Shown here: positions 1-11,596 of the stretch, one piece after another
How the letters are laid out: each line of letters starts with the position of its first letter
Position numbering within the stretch: the stretch's first letter is position 1
Assembly (NCBI GenBank): GCA_050084515.1
Contig: CM114271.1
Coordinates: 39,556,001 to 39,620,000, forward strand
Source: Blasia pusilla
Lineage: Eukaryota
DNA: 64,000 nucleotides
Direction of reading: 5' to 3'
Made by a program: the position numbers and the translations under genes
Notes under the pieces: generated by a model
The model's input: the letters and a program-made list of their open reading frames with translations, nothing else
Databases searched by the model: none
What the model was told of the DNA's origin: nothing

Positions 1-3000
1 CCACTATTGTAGAGGGGCAAGATCCTTGGTTCCCAAGTGGTTGGGGAGCATGGCCAGGTTCAACTCCTGCCAAGGATGCAATAGAGTCCACTAGGGGTCC
101 AAGGAACTGTCTTTCTTCCTTTCTTGCATTAAGCAAAGAAGAGATAGGGAGGAGGGATCTTAGGGACAAGTCATGCTGCTATGATGCTTTCTTGCAACAC
201 CATGGGCCACTACAGCATGGGCCACTACATAGATGTGAAGGACAAAAATCCTTCCTTTGGCGTTTGGCCATGAGAACTACAAAATTTGTTCTCTTAACTC
301 CTTCCACACCATAGTGTTTGTGCACAACGAAAAACAAAGGAAGCGGAGAAAAAATCCATGCCCTATCCCCTATCAGAATGAGGCTTGTAAATTTACGGGC
401 ACAAGTTAAAGCTGCAGGAAATTTTATGCCTCCCGAAGAATGAAGGGGAAATGGCTAACAGAAATTGAAAACAACCAGAAAAATAATCGTCCCACATTTT
501 GAATTTCGGATCTGAACCGAGTGCTAAAAATAACCCCAATTTTGTTTGGCGTGACGAATTTTTCAAGACCCTAAAATACTTCTACTAAGTCGAATGTTTA
601 AAAAAACTCCCCGGACCTTGCACCCGAACCCGTTTGCGCAAGGAGGGTCACTTGGCGAAATTAATGCCGGGGCTGTGGTTTTTGACGCGAGGCCAGAGCG
701 CCTGCCTGCATAGCAGCACGCCATTATTTTGGAGTCTGGATAGCCCTGACGCCCTAGATTGACGCCCCTACGACCGGCTTTCAGACAAGAACTGTTGTCT
801 ACTGGATAAGAGTGCAGGAGTGAAGAGTCCGCGTCTGCTCTGAGTGCTCAGTGCATTGAGTATTTGAGCAGGTGAGAAACAGTGTGCGTGTTTTAGGGTT
901 AGGAAAGTGCGTCGGTGTGGTTACGGTGGAACCGATGGATTAAGGATTTTGTGGATGAGCGAGCCCTAGAGCTGTGGGTTTGCAGATGAAGTCCTCGTGC
1001 AACTGGTTTACGATCAGTTCCTGGTGCGTGTGCTGATCCGAGTCCCTGGGATGCGTTGCTAGCAGTTACCTTCTGGTGAGCGACTGGATCCGTTGGCCAT
1101 TTATCGTGTGACGTTTGTGTTTTTGCCGGAATTCTGTGATGTGATGTGTTGCGATGCAAGCTCTGGGGAGGTTTTGTATTTTAGCTTCGCGTTCTAGTGA
1201 GGTGAAGGATTGTAGGCAAAGAGCTGAGGTGATCAAAAGCCGAGTGAAGCTGTTTGTATCCGAGCTTCCGTGCGACAATCTGGTAAGTGGGAGCTGGGAA
1301 CGATGGATCGTGGATGATTCCACTGCAACCCTGTTGTGGCTGCATGAAATCGTGTAGGAAGAGACGAGAGATCTCGTGCTCCTGTGGCGGTGCTAAAAGT
1401 GATGGTGGCGTACAAACGGAAGACGTGTTTCGTATTTCTTATGCAAGGGCTGCTAAGAGGAGCAGGCGTGGTGTTTAAATTATCAAGCCGGTTGTATGAG
1501 GCTGCCTGTTTTATGGATCTCTGCTCTTCCATATCAGAGTGGAGATTAACCCTTGAGAGACGATCGGTGCCATCAGTAGTAAGCTTGCAAGGGAGAGCAC
1601 GGATATGAACATGGACGGTCCGATGGATCGGCCACCGAATCCCTTGAATGCGGAAGGTTCTGTTCTACTTGTGTCCTAAGCGCAAGCTAGATTTCTAGAT
1701 TTGTGAGTACCATGGTAGGACTAGGGAGTGTCTTCTGTTTTGCTGATCACGTACATGACAAACTCACCATATCCACTGTGAATACTTTGGCTTATTCTCT
1801 GGTGAAAAGAATTTGGCTGGATCGTTAGGATACTGGCAGATTCCAAGTCGAGCAACCCCAAGGACGGAAACTGTGATTAGACCCCGATTCTCATGCTACT
1901 TGAATTCTCACTTTCACAATCTTACCCATCTGACACCCTCATTCGTCCCTCGCTCATGAGATTTAAATGGAATTTGGTTCACTCTAGCCAAGAGATGCGA
2001 AGACAGAACTCAAGTGAAGTTTGTACGGTATCGCAGGGCAATCTTGTCGTTTATCCTCTGACCGTGTGGTTAGTCCTTGCCACAAAGACACGCCCTTCCA
2101 TGAATGTGCAGCTTGTCTGGAAGCCTTTTCAGACAGGCTTGTCTGGAACCCTTTTCAGAGCAGCTAAATTCCCTCCCGCTATCAAATTGCCCGAAGAGCA
2201 CATTTTGGTGAGAGCAAACAGGAATATGACAGAAGAGCACGATGGTATTAACCACAAGTAAGAACAGGCTAATTCTACTTTTTTATCCCGAAAAGTTGGT
2301 TTGAATCCAACATTCATTACTACTCAACGCATATCATTATTTACCAGATTAAAAATAGGCTTTCAAGAACTTGTCGACGGCCAATGGATGCAGAAGTAAC
2401 AATAAACAACCACGAAGTGAAGTGCACGACTGAGATACGAGCCATTGTTTGACGCTATCACCTTGTTGTAAAATCTGGGCATGGCAGATGTGTCAAGAGT
2501 TGGGATTCCAGGTGACAGGCGCCTCGGAGAGTGACAGGCGCCTGTCACCTGTTTGTGAACCCTCAAAACCATGGACAGGTTGGTGATATGGGTCATTCTT
2601 ATCCCAACTAATCCTACGGATGAATGTTGGCACTGTAATGACGACCTGCTTGTGGTACTTGGTTGTACTATTAATAGTACCATACAAGTTCATGGATTGG
2701 TTAGCTTCTCAGAACTTGACTCTGGAGAACACTCTCACACATTAAAATTGAACTTCATTGCCGGCATGAGGTTGGAAACTCATGATTCTAAGATTAGTAT
2801 GGCATGTGGGGACCAACTAGGAAGGATATTGTAAAAGATTTTTCAAAAGGTCAGAGACAGCTTCACTCAGAGCTCATTGGCACCCTTGTGGAACTCATTG
2901 TCAACCTTCTTGTGAATGTTTCTGGCATCACATCATGCAATACTATTCTGAACAGGAGCAATAATTGTAATGTCAGTGATCCCTTTCAAAGTTCAAGTGT

Positions 3001-3297
3001 GATGGATGTGCTGCAGAAGAATGCAGTGAATCTCCTTGCTACATTGGGAGAGTGTTCAATGAGTGAAAGAATATGAACACCAAATGCTGTACTAATATTC
3101 CTTTTGTGACTTTCAGATTTCCTGGTGTAGCTTAGTCATTTCGCATGGGGAGTAATCACTTGGTTTGTTTAGTGCGACGAGGAGGTGGACATTCTCCATT
3201 CACCAAGCTTTGCAGGAGTTTCCAGACCATCAATGACAGAGAAACTGAGGGCCTTAGTGCAGAGGAAGGTAGAGAATACGATGAATACCGCAGTTCT

Positions 3298-4260
3298 ATG
3301 GAAATTGGAAGGCTTAGAGGAAAAACAGCTATTATAACAGGGGCTGGAAGTGGAATTGGCCGGCAAGCAGCACTCTTGTTTGCTCATGAGGGAGCTAATG
3401 TAGCTGTTGCTGACTGTCACTTCTCAGCGGCAGCGCGCACTGTTGATGCTGTGAAGGTAAGATCTGTGGGCAATGTGCTTAAGTAGTCCTATTGGTGGAT
3501 GTGACACAGCACAGTAGCTTGTTTTGCCCATAGTGAATGAATGGTCTAGGATTACAACATGATCAAAACATGGTCTTGTAATGTAATGTCTCAAAAGTCT
3601 GTCAGCTCATTCTGGTATGTGGATTTACTTGTGTAGGAATTTGGAGGCAAAGGTCTGGCAGTTGGTGTTAATGTGGCATCAGCTGAAGAGGTTGAAGCTA
3701 TGGTGAAGAAAGTAGAGAAGACCTTTGGTGGTTTGCACATAATTTTCAACAATGCAGGCATAATGGACAATCAGGATGATGATGTGACAAACACTCCTGA
3801 TGCTGTCATTGACAGAACCCTTGATGTGAATGTTAAGGGTGTTATTTATGGTTGTCGTTATGGTATTCCAGCCATGAAGAGGTCAGGGGGAGGCTCAATC
3901 ATCAACACTGCTTCCTTTGTTGCCATCATGGGTGCAGCGACTCCTCAAATTGCCTACACTGCAAGTAAAGGAGCTGTGTTAGCCCTTACTCGAGAATTGG
4001 CTGTCACTCACGCAAGAAGTGGTATCAGAGTCAATGCTCTCTGCCCCGGTCCTTTGCGCACGGAGCTTTTGATGAAATTTTTGGATTCTGAGGAGAAGAA
4101 ACAGAGGAGATTGGTGCATATTCCTATGGGTCGTTTCGGTGAAGCAGTGGAAATGGCAAAGGCAGCACTTTTCTTAGCCTCAGATGACAGCTCCTTCATG
4201 ACTGGAGCCAGTTTGGTGGTGGATGGGGGAATTACTTCTGCCTACGTGACTCCTGAGTAA
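3298..4260 (+). CDS. Short-chain dehydrogenase/reductase (classical SDR, FabG/glucose-1-dehydrogenase-like), about 260 aa; exons 3298-3456 and 3637-4260
   Basis: Exon 1 has TGAGSGIG (Rossmann TGxxxGxG). Phase-0 GT..AG intron 3457-3636. Exon 2 has NNAG, catalytic Ser (TASF), YTASK (YxxxK), IRVNALCPG and a C-terminal VDGG motif. Confidence 0.93.
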
Positions 4261-6198
4261 GCTTTTCCTTCGATGAGAGTGGCATATTGAGGTTACAACC
4301 GGAGCATCTGGAGATCCAGTTTTTGGTTGAAACTTTAGAGCCACTCGATGGGGTAAACTAAAGCTTACACCCACACCCTGGAAACTGCACCTGTTTTTTT
4401 CTTCTTATCAATGTCCTCTTAGGTACAGGTCATGCCCCATCTGATGTGCGCTCGACACGACAGTGAGTGTCATTGGCAGGAAATCCTCTTTTGACTCTAA
4501 GTGAATTGGCCGTCCACCCTGAGGCTAAGACACTTCATTCTTTTAGGTGGTTCTCTTGTGTACAGCACGCAAAGACCTGTGGGAGTGATGTTGATCCTCC
4601 CATTAACTATCCTTAAATATCCTGAAATACTTCCATCCCTCCTTGAAGGTGCAACATCCCCCAACCACGAACAGTGGGCTGATTTATCTTCACAAAGTTC
4701 AGAGCTCCGACTTAGTCCATCTATAGTGTATCATAAATATTTCCACTGATTGTCTTTAGGTCAGGTGGTCAGTCCCTCTTCCTTCTAAGCAAGACATTGG
4801 ACAGGGTAATAGAAGTGTATGAGGAGGAATTGCATTTGAAAGTTATTAGCTGGCGCAATGCGATTGCAGAAGTGAATTTATGTAAAGCTTTTCCGAGAGC
4901 GTCATGGAAGCAGTTGTCCTCCACGTCGAGTTTCCTGGACTTGGTGCCCACCCAGCTAGAAATTAATTTTGGGAATCAGGAATTACCCACCCAGCTAGAA
5001 CTTAATTTTGAGAACTAGACATACTCCATGAAGTGTAGTTCCTCTGGAAATCAGTGAGGTACTGTAGAGTGGTCTTCAATGTTCGAATGTCACCACATTT
5101 GGCAGATTGTATTAAACAAGCGCTACAACATTGCAACTCAGATCCAAAAAAATCAGCAGCCTGGTACAAAATTGACATCATTCCGGTCACAATTTGCGCC
5201 ACACCCAGACGATGTCAAGAATTTGTTTTTGATACTGAGGAGAGCGGTGAGTTTAGGGACAAGACATCTCTAGGGACTTTCCGACGCTTTTCCGTGCTTT
5301 GTTGAGAGGATCCGTTCGGGCGACTACCAAAAAAACGATGGCCCCTTCCTTTGGGAATAAAATGTTAGCGGTATTCGTATGCTCCTGCTTGTTAACGATG
5401 ACGTTCGAGACACTGGCAATAGGATTTCTTTGCACTAGAGTACTTTCTTTACATTTATGCCCTGTCTCTTGTGTACTGAAGCCAATGAGTTTTTTTCGAT
5501 GAAATATGTCTGGGATTGGGCAATTTTGTGTCTGGCTGAACCATTTTGACAGGTGACTCAATGTTTGGCAGAGTTTCCTTGAATGGATCAAGTTGTTTGA
5601 CCTTGTTGTGTTCGGTAGATAGGACTGAACCAAGATGAAGTACAATCTAGTCCGACCAAATCCAATCCTTGAATCAGACCAAATGATATTCTAGAAATTC
5701 GTGCTCCATGGCACAAGTTTAGGCCCATTATTGGCCCTACCGCCCCATTGTACTGCGAACAAAAGCTTCAGTTGCTCCACCTTTTCCAGCACGAAACCGT
5801 GCGCTCCAGCGATTCGTGCTGCTGAAATTCCTACAGCTCGCTGGCCTTAAAATACCGGTGGATTTGCACGCGATTACCCCAAGCGGTTTAGAACATTGCA
5901 TTTGGACAAGGTTGTTCACAACGAACTCCTGTAGGACTTTTATTAGATATGTGAGTCTCTGGGAGCAAGACCAGAGGATGTACAAAAACAAGACGAGAGG
6001 AGGCACAAAACTAATAAAAAGAGATGACAGAAATCCGTATGTTCGGTTTTGCGTTTAGCTTTAGGGTAGTACTTGACATATCTAGCAATACGTATACGGC
6101 ATGTTGTAGTTGTTGCGTGTGTAACCCGTGGCAGATGTGTCGATTTCGAGTCGGAGGAGCGACGGAAAGCGATCGGAAGTGCAGCGGATCATGGATCC

Positions 6199-7325
6199 CT
6201 AGCAGTCGTCGCGGATGGAGGAAAGTGAGGCGGAGGCGTCGTCGTTGGGGAGCCATTGGTGGAGCTCCCAGGTTTTCTCTTGTCGACCAGAAGGAGTGGT
6301 GACCGAGAAGCTGACAGAGTCCACGAACCAGCCTGCGAAGAGCCCGGAGTCGTCGGTGGCCAATACCAATTTGCAAATGGCTGCGATGCAGTCCCCGGGC
6401 ATCTGGAATTGGTCGATGTCTCCCTTCTCGAAGTTGTTCTTGCCGTTGTCCAGACTCGGGAAGTAGACGAATTCACCGTCTTTGTTCAACAGCCGAATGC
6501 TGATAGTGGAGTCCGTCCCCGCCCCCCACTTATTTCCGGTTTCCGTCACGATCTTGTACAAGCAGATCTGCGCATTCATCGACATTATACACTCGGAGAC
6601 CCTGGACCGATCGGACATTGCGAGGAAGACGAACAAATTCACAGCTATTGAGACACAAGTTCAGAGCATTTACCATTGAATTCGTTGGTTGTAAGTAGAT
6701 AGTCAATTCGGGTCTCACTAAGAGTTTGCAGTTCAGATCCTTCATTCAGTTAAGGAACAGGCAGCAAGCCAACTCGACATGATCATGTGGTTGGTTACAT
6801 TTATTTTGAAAGTTGGGGCCCCGGGACTAAGATAACTTGGATGAGCTTCATGATCGACGTCCGCATGGATTTTCATAGTTGCTTATACGAATGTTTGAAA
6901 ACAACTCAACTCAAACGCTTTCATGTTCTTGCTCAGATTTTGCTTCAGTCCAGGGACCACCACGCAAGGTCGCGAGCAATATAAAAAACTCAACAAGAAC
7001 ACATGACTCTACGCATGTTCAAGAGTTTCGACCTTACCCCCGGTCCTACTTCCTGAGGCCGCGCCATGCCATGCGTGCTGCTTGCATCCACTGTAAAATT
7101 CGAGCCATCGCTTACGTTTGCGTGATGATCTGCGCAGGTTGCATCCTCGTGGTGCATGAATTCGGAAGTCGAAGATTGTTCGAATGTACCATTGGCATCC
7201 ATTGCCATAGCGTCCCGGATTGCAGCTTCGCCATGGGAGAGCTGCAGGGCAGAAAGCAACAAGGGTATGATGAGAACAGCGTGGAGCAGCAGTAGCGAAC
7301 GTGGGTTTCCAGATGCGGCCATCAT
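6199..7325 (-). CDS. Secreted PLAT/LH2-domain protein, copy 1; exon 1 from 7325 to 7116 (alternative donor at 7038), exon 2 6567-6199
   Basis: Hydrophobic signal peptide LLLLHAVLIIPLLLSALQLSHG. Phase-0 acceptor CAG|ATCTGC at 6567. PLAT motifs TGxxxGAGTD, NFEKGDID, GWFVDSV, QWL and terminal RDDC. Two phase-0 GTAAG donors are possible. Confidence 0.85.
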
Positions 7326-7371
7326 CGCTGAAAATTGTGTGCGATTTGAGCTCGCAGACCGCGGAGAGGAG

Positions 7372-7410
7372 GGAGGAGGAGGAGGAGGAGGAGGAGGAGG
7401 AGGAGGAGGA
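7372..7410. repeat. (GGA)n microsatellite in the putative 5' UTR of PLAT copy 1
   Basis: About 13 perfect GGA units between the TATA box and the ATG. Confidence 0.9.
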
Positions 7411-7449
7411 GCTGCGCAGAATGTATGTCACTGCAGGAAAAACGGCAAG

Positions 7450-7457
7450 TATATATA
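7450..7457 (-). promoter_or_regulatory. Putative TATA box of PLAT copy 1
   Basis: TATATATA about 125 nt upstream of the ATG on the coding strand. Confidence 0.55.
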
Positions 7458-8754
7458 GAGCTAGCTACCTAGAGTGAATGCGGGACGTTAAGGGTCGGTC
7501 CACTGCAGCTGCAAGAAAACTGCTCGATCGTCGAGAACTCGGGACACGCATCACGCACATGTCACCTCGCACATCCGCACCTACGCACGCACGCTCGTTA
7601 AATCAGGTCTGCACAAGAACCACTCTCCATCCCCTCCGTACCTGCGTGCTGCCTTTGAATTGTTTAGATGGATCTGTGGGTCTGGATTACCAGCATGTGT
7701 GCATCATCACAACAAAAACTTATCCCCCTTCATTTTAAGAGAGTTCTGGGTTCGTTCAACAAATTCGGAACCCCTCCTCATGGTTTGGCCACAAAAATCC
7801 CTCCTCCTTGGGGTGATATGGAAAATCGCCCCAAGCTTGTAGAGTCTAGTCTGTCACAAACTTTGAGCGCATCCAGCACTCACCCGTGAGAATGTGAGAA
7901 CACTGACCTAAAACACAGCTGTTTGGCATTTGCTCAAATCATCGGTGCAGTCAATGGTTCTACTCTTCAAATCAGTACCGTTCGCAACCACAATAGTAGT
8001 ACCAACTAAACTATTCGTACATCTTCGATTATGGAGTTGATCTATTTCGCTACGAAAATTTCCCTCTCCTCTCCCGAATTTGTTCCTGCCCGGACGACGC
8101 CATGGTTTTTAAGATCCTGTCCTCTGCATGGTAACTTATGTCAACTGCCTTCTCGTCAAATCATCACTGTACTCAACCTCAAGCAACTGCAATTGTAGGT
8201 CGAGCTGTGGGGAGAAATCGGTGGCCTTGGGCTCCAGAGATAGCGCTTGCCCTATTCGATCGAGCCAAAAGCCCCCTGATCCAATATGACTCGTCATGAG
8301 TCCGTCAAATTCCTCCGCGGCTCTTCCGGATACCCGAATCTCACGTCTGTTGGATGCACAAAGGAGGAGCTCAATTATGAAACTCGTACACGGGACGCCG
8401 GACTCGAGTTCTCGGGGATGGGGTGTTACGAATCCAAAAGCCAATAATTCTACCCGTCGACAAGCACGTAAACCTGCGCGTTACAGTTTACTATATAACC
8501 TGTTTAAAAGCCAGAGTCTGGCTTATGCCAGCGGCCCCCAACATTCGCGACTGTACCGCGGTGCATCAGCTGCGAACTTGACGACCGCTCGTTGATAGAG
8601 CGTTTGGCTCATCTCATGATCAAAAGCTTCAAGTGTGTTACAATCGAGTGCGGAATGAATCCAATCCACCGTGGCGACCATGGGAAAGATCGCCTGATTC
8701 ATTTCCTCATACCATTTCCGGCGTTTCTTTAACAGGTTCGTGGCACAGTTTCTC

Positions 8755-9365
8755 TTGCCTTGCACAGACCATCGCGACACGAAGCTTTGATTAATTTCTT
8801 TCAGAAAATTCTGGGATAACGACAGGACAGAACCTCTTTACCTTACAGACACCATCGCAACACAAACCTTTGAATAATTTCTTCAAGAAAATTCTGGCAT
8901 AACGACAGGTCGGAACCTCTTGCCTTTCAGACACCATCGCAACACAAAGCTTTGAGTAATTTCTTCAAGGAAATTCTGGGATAACGGCAGGTCAGAACCT
9001 CTTACCTTACAGACATCATCGCAACACAAAGCTTTGATTAACTTCTTCACACCGATTCTGGCTGACACTTGCGTGACACCGCGTCTCTTACCCTTCGGAA
9101 ACCATCCCAACACAAAGCGTTGATTAATTTCTTCAAGAAAATTCTGGCATAACCACAGGTCAGAAACCTCTTACCTTCCAGACACCATCGCAAGGCGAAG
9201 CTTTGAGTAATTAATTTCTTTACACCAATTCCGGATCACACGTGCGTGACATAACCCTTCGGAAACCAAAGCTTTGATCGATTTCTTCAATCGAATTCTG
9301 CCTCAGCGACAGGTCATTACAAACATCATCGCAACGCAGAGCTTTGACTAATTTCTTGAACAAGC
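8755..9365. repeat. Minisatellite, about 7-8 diverged units of about 82-86 bp
   Basis: Core ACCATCGCAACACAAAGCTTTGATTAATTTCTTC recurs near 8768, 8851, 8933, 9015, 9101, 9184, about 9264 (partial) and 9325. Confidence 0.9.
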
Positions 9366-10088
9366 AGATTTTGGAACATGAGTTCTGCCACTCTTATGCC
9401 AGAAGTTTTCGGAACTCGAAATATGTGTTTCGGGAATTTTTTGACGAAACTAATGAAAGCTTCCGCATGTATCCGCCGCCTCCAGCATGCGTGCTCGTAC
9501 TTATGTATCCCAACGGCAGCGGCCACTCGGATTGGGGAGGATTTGCAGATCCGTAGCCGTAAGGCACCACCAGCAGCTTTACGGCAACCACCGACGGGCG
9601 CCGCCTACCACGCCGCCGTCGATCGAATCGAGTGCTACGAGATCCCGGGAATATCGCAGAAGGGTGAGCGAGGATTTTTATTTCTTTTAATTTAGTAAAT
9701 TCGGATATTTACATTATTATTGGAAAGTGCCTTCATTTTTCAAATTATTTGGCACTTTCGGTCCCAATAAGTTTTTTAGTCCCTCTAAATCAATTTGAAA
9801 TGGCACTTGATAACTTTAAGAATTAATGATCGGAGGAAATTTAAACTCACACTTTTTAGATACCAATTCTAGTACCTACTACTCTTTTGATCTCTCCTCA
9901 TTTAATAATATTGTCGTGGTCTTATGGTAAAGTCTAGCTTTCGTAAGGGGAGTTCCATTTAAATTTAAGTTATTAAAAATATCTTTAAAACTAGTAACCA
10001 CCCTCTCCCATAGCCTTAGGATATCAGTTAGTTCCATCTATATAATTAAAAGAGGATGGGGTTAGAGAAAACCCTCCTCTGAGATAAG

Positions 10089-10919
10089 CCAGCCAACCTG
10101 ATTTCGACAGCGCTTCCGCGTGACTCACTACAATGCTCAACTGAAGAACCTCACTCTCTCACTCCAAGGCCACGACACTCTAATCCAAATGACCCTGAGT
10201 TGAAAGCAATCTGATCTAGCTTCAAACACCTCTCCTGCAATCTTGCCCCAGCTCGCTCGCTCTATCCTACTCAACCAAGTGCTACACTCCACCTCCCGAG
10301 ACTCCGCCTCGAGCTTACAGGTCGCGCGATCCTCAATTTCACAGCACCCCTTCCTCTTTGCGCATAAACGCTGATCGCTACAGATCTGATCTCACTGCGT
10401 GCAACCCTGCAATGGAAGCGCCTGCTTCCCAGATTTCCAACGCGTCCAAGAACTCCGAAAACGGCCTCCGTTTCCACCCCCGTATTGCGGTTATACTGAA
10501 CTCGACTCCTGTCGGGTTCCGAGTCTGCCGCGGCGGTTCGGCTCTTTCACGCTCCGCGACTAGGACGTACTCCCGTACCCGAACTCGCGCCCGGTTCCGA
10601 GTACTCACGGCGGTCCACCTAACCTTGACTGATCTTCCTCTACTTGCTGCGGTTCTAGATACCACTACACACTTTGCGGCGCCGACTCCTTGGGCGGCGG
10701 TTTTGGCGGCCGCCCCAGTTAGCTCCGCACCAACCTTATTTATCCCGCCCCTCATTCTCGACAAGTATAGGCGCAACCTAGACCTTGGCGCATGGCTGAC
10801 TCTGAGTGGAGTTTTTCCTGGTGATCTCGTCATAGCCCGTTTTCAAATAAACAACGGTGATCGGCAATACCTGGTGGCAGCGTGCTTGGGTTCGCGGGTT
10901 CAGAATATACTCCACGACA
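10089..10919 (-). repeat. 3' LTR of the chromovirus, lacking about 230 bp at its distal end
   Basis: On the minus strand it starts TGTCGTGG directly after the PPT GGGGAGAG (10920-10927). It aligns with 16652-17473, and the homology stops at 10089. Confidence 0.9.
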
Positions 10920-11596
10920 CTCTCCCCAACGAGCAAAAGATCTCGACCTCGAGATCTGAAGATCCGCCAATGCACCACCTGCAATCACCACGTTGTTTGG
11001 GAGTAGTTCGCGTCCATGATGGGGGGCGTCCCATTACCTGCCCGCCATCAGGGAGCAACTCCGACCTCCTTGCTGCGCTCACAAGCGCCAGTTAGTAAGG
11101 CCTTGGCCCTCACCGCCAAGCTGTGGCTTCAAGCGGGAATCAGGTCATCAGGACTGGTTACCTTCCTGACCTTGGGGATCATCGGGACTGGTTACCTTCC
11201 TGATCCCAGGATCATCGGGACGGGCTACCTTCCTGATCCGTGGTGCTCCTTTGATGAGGAGTCTTGGTCATCCGAGGCTGGTTACTCGCGATGACGGCGC
11301 TTGTCTCCTTCTAGCGTCAGGGTCGAATCGTCATTCGAACCAGCCAACCTTCACCCATCTAGGACATGGTTGCCCAGGCAATTCTTCCGGGTCCCTTATT
11401 TCCGAGACGTAGGCGCGTGATCAATGGGCGACGGGCTGGCCCGTATATAGGCGTGTCTACAGCTATGTGAGGTCAAGCTGATCAAGCCGCCCCATTGCAC
11501 TGGTCATCAACACCCTGATTTCCTGCACCACCCGCCTCCACCAACCACCGTCCGAACCTCGTTAGCGTTCAACGTTGGTCTGCCGCACTCTTGGAC

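Noticed and set aside
1..3100. Many short ORFs and a possible LTR/gag remnant
   Set aside because: No recognisable domain, PBS, PPT or paired repeat; cannot be supported.
4500..5650. Minus-strand ORFs of 60-130 aa and a duplication of about 40 bp at 4947-5015
   Set aside because: No motif recognised and no consistent splice model.
8755..9365. CRISPR-like appearance of the 82-bp array (and of the 49-bp array at 30 kb)
   Set aside because: The sequence between the conserved cores is itself repeated rather than unique, there are no cas genes, and the context is eukaryotic.
10358..11095. 245-aa plus-strand ORF
   Set aside because: Lies mostly in the GC-rich LTR, starts at a non-ATG codon, and is broken in the other LTR copy.
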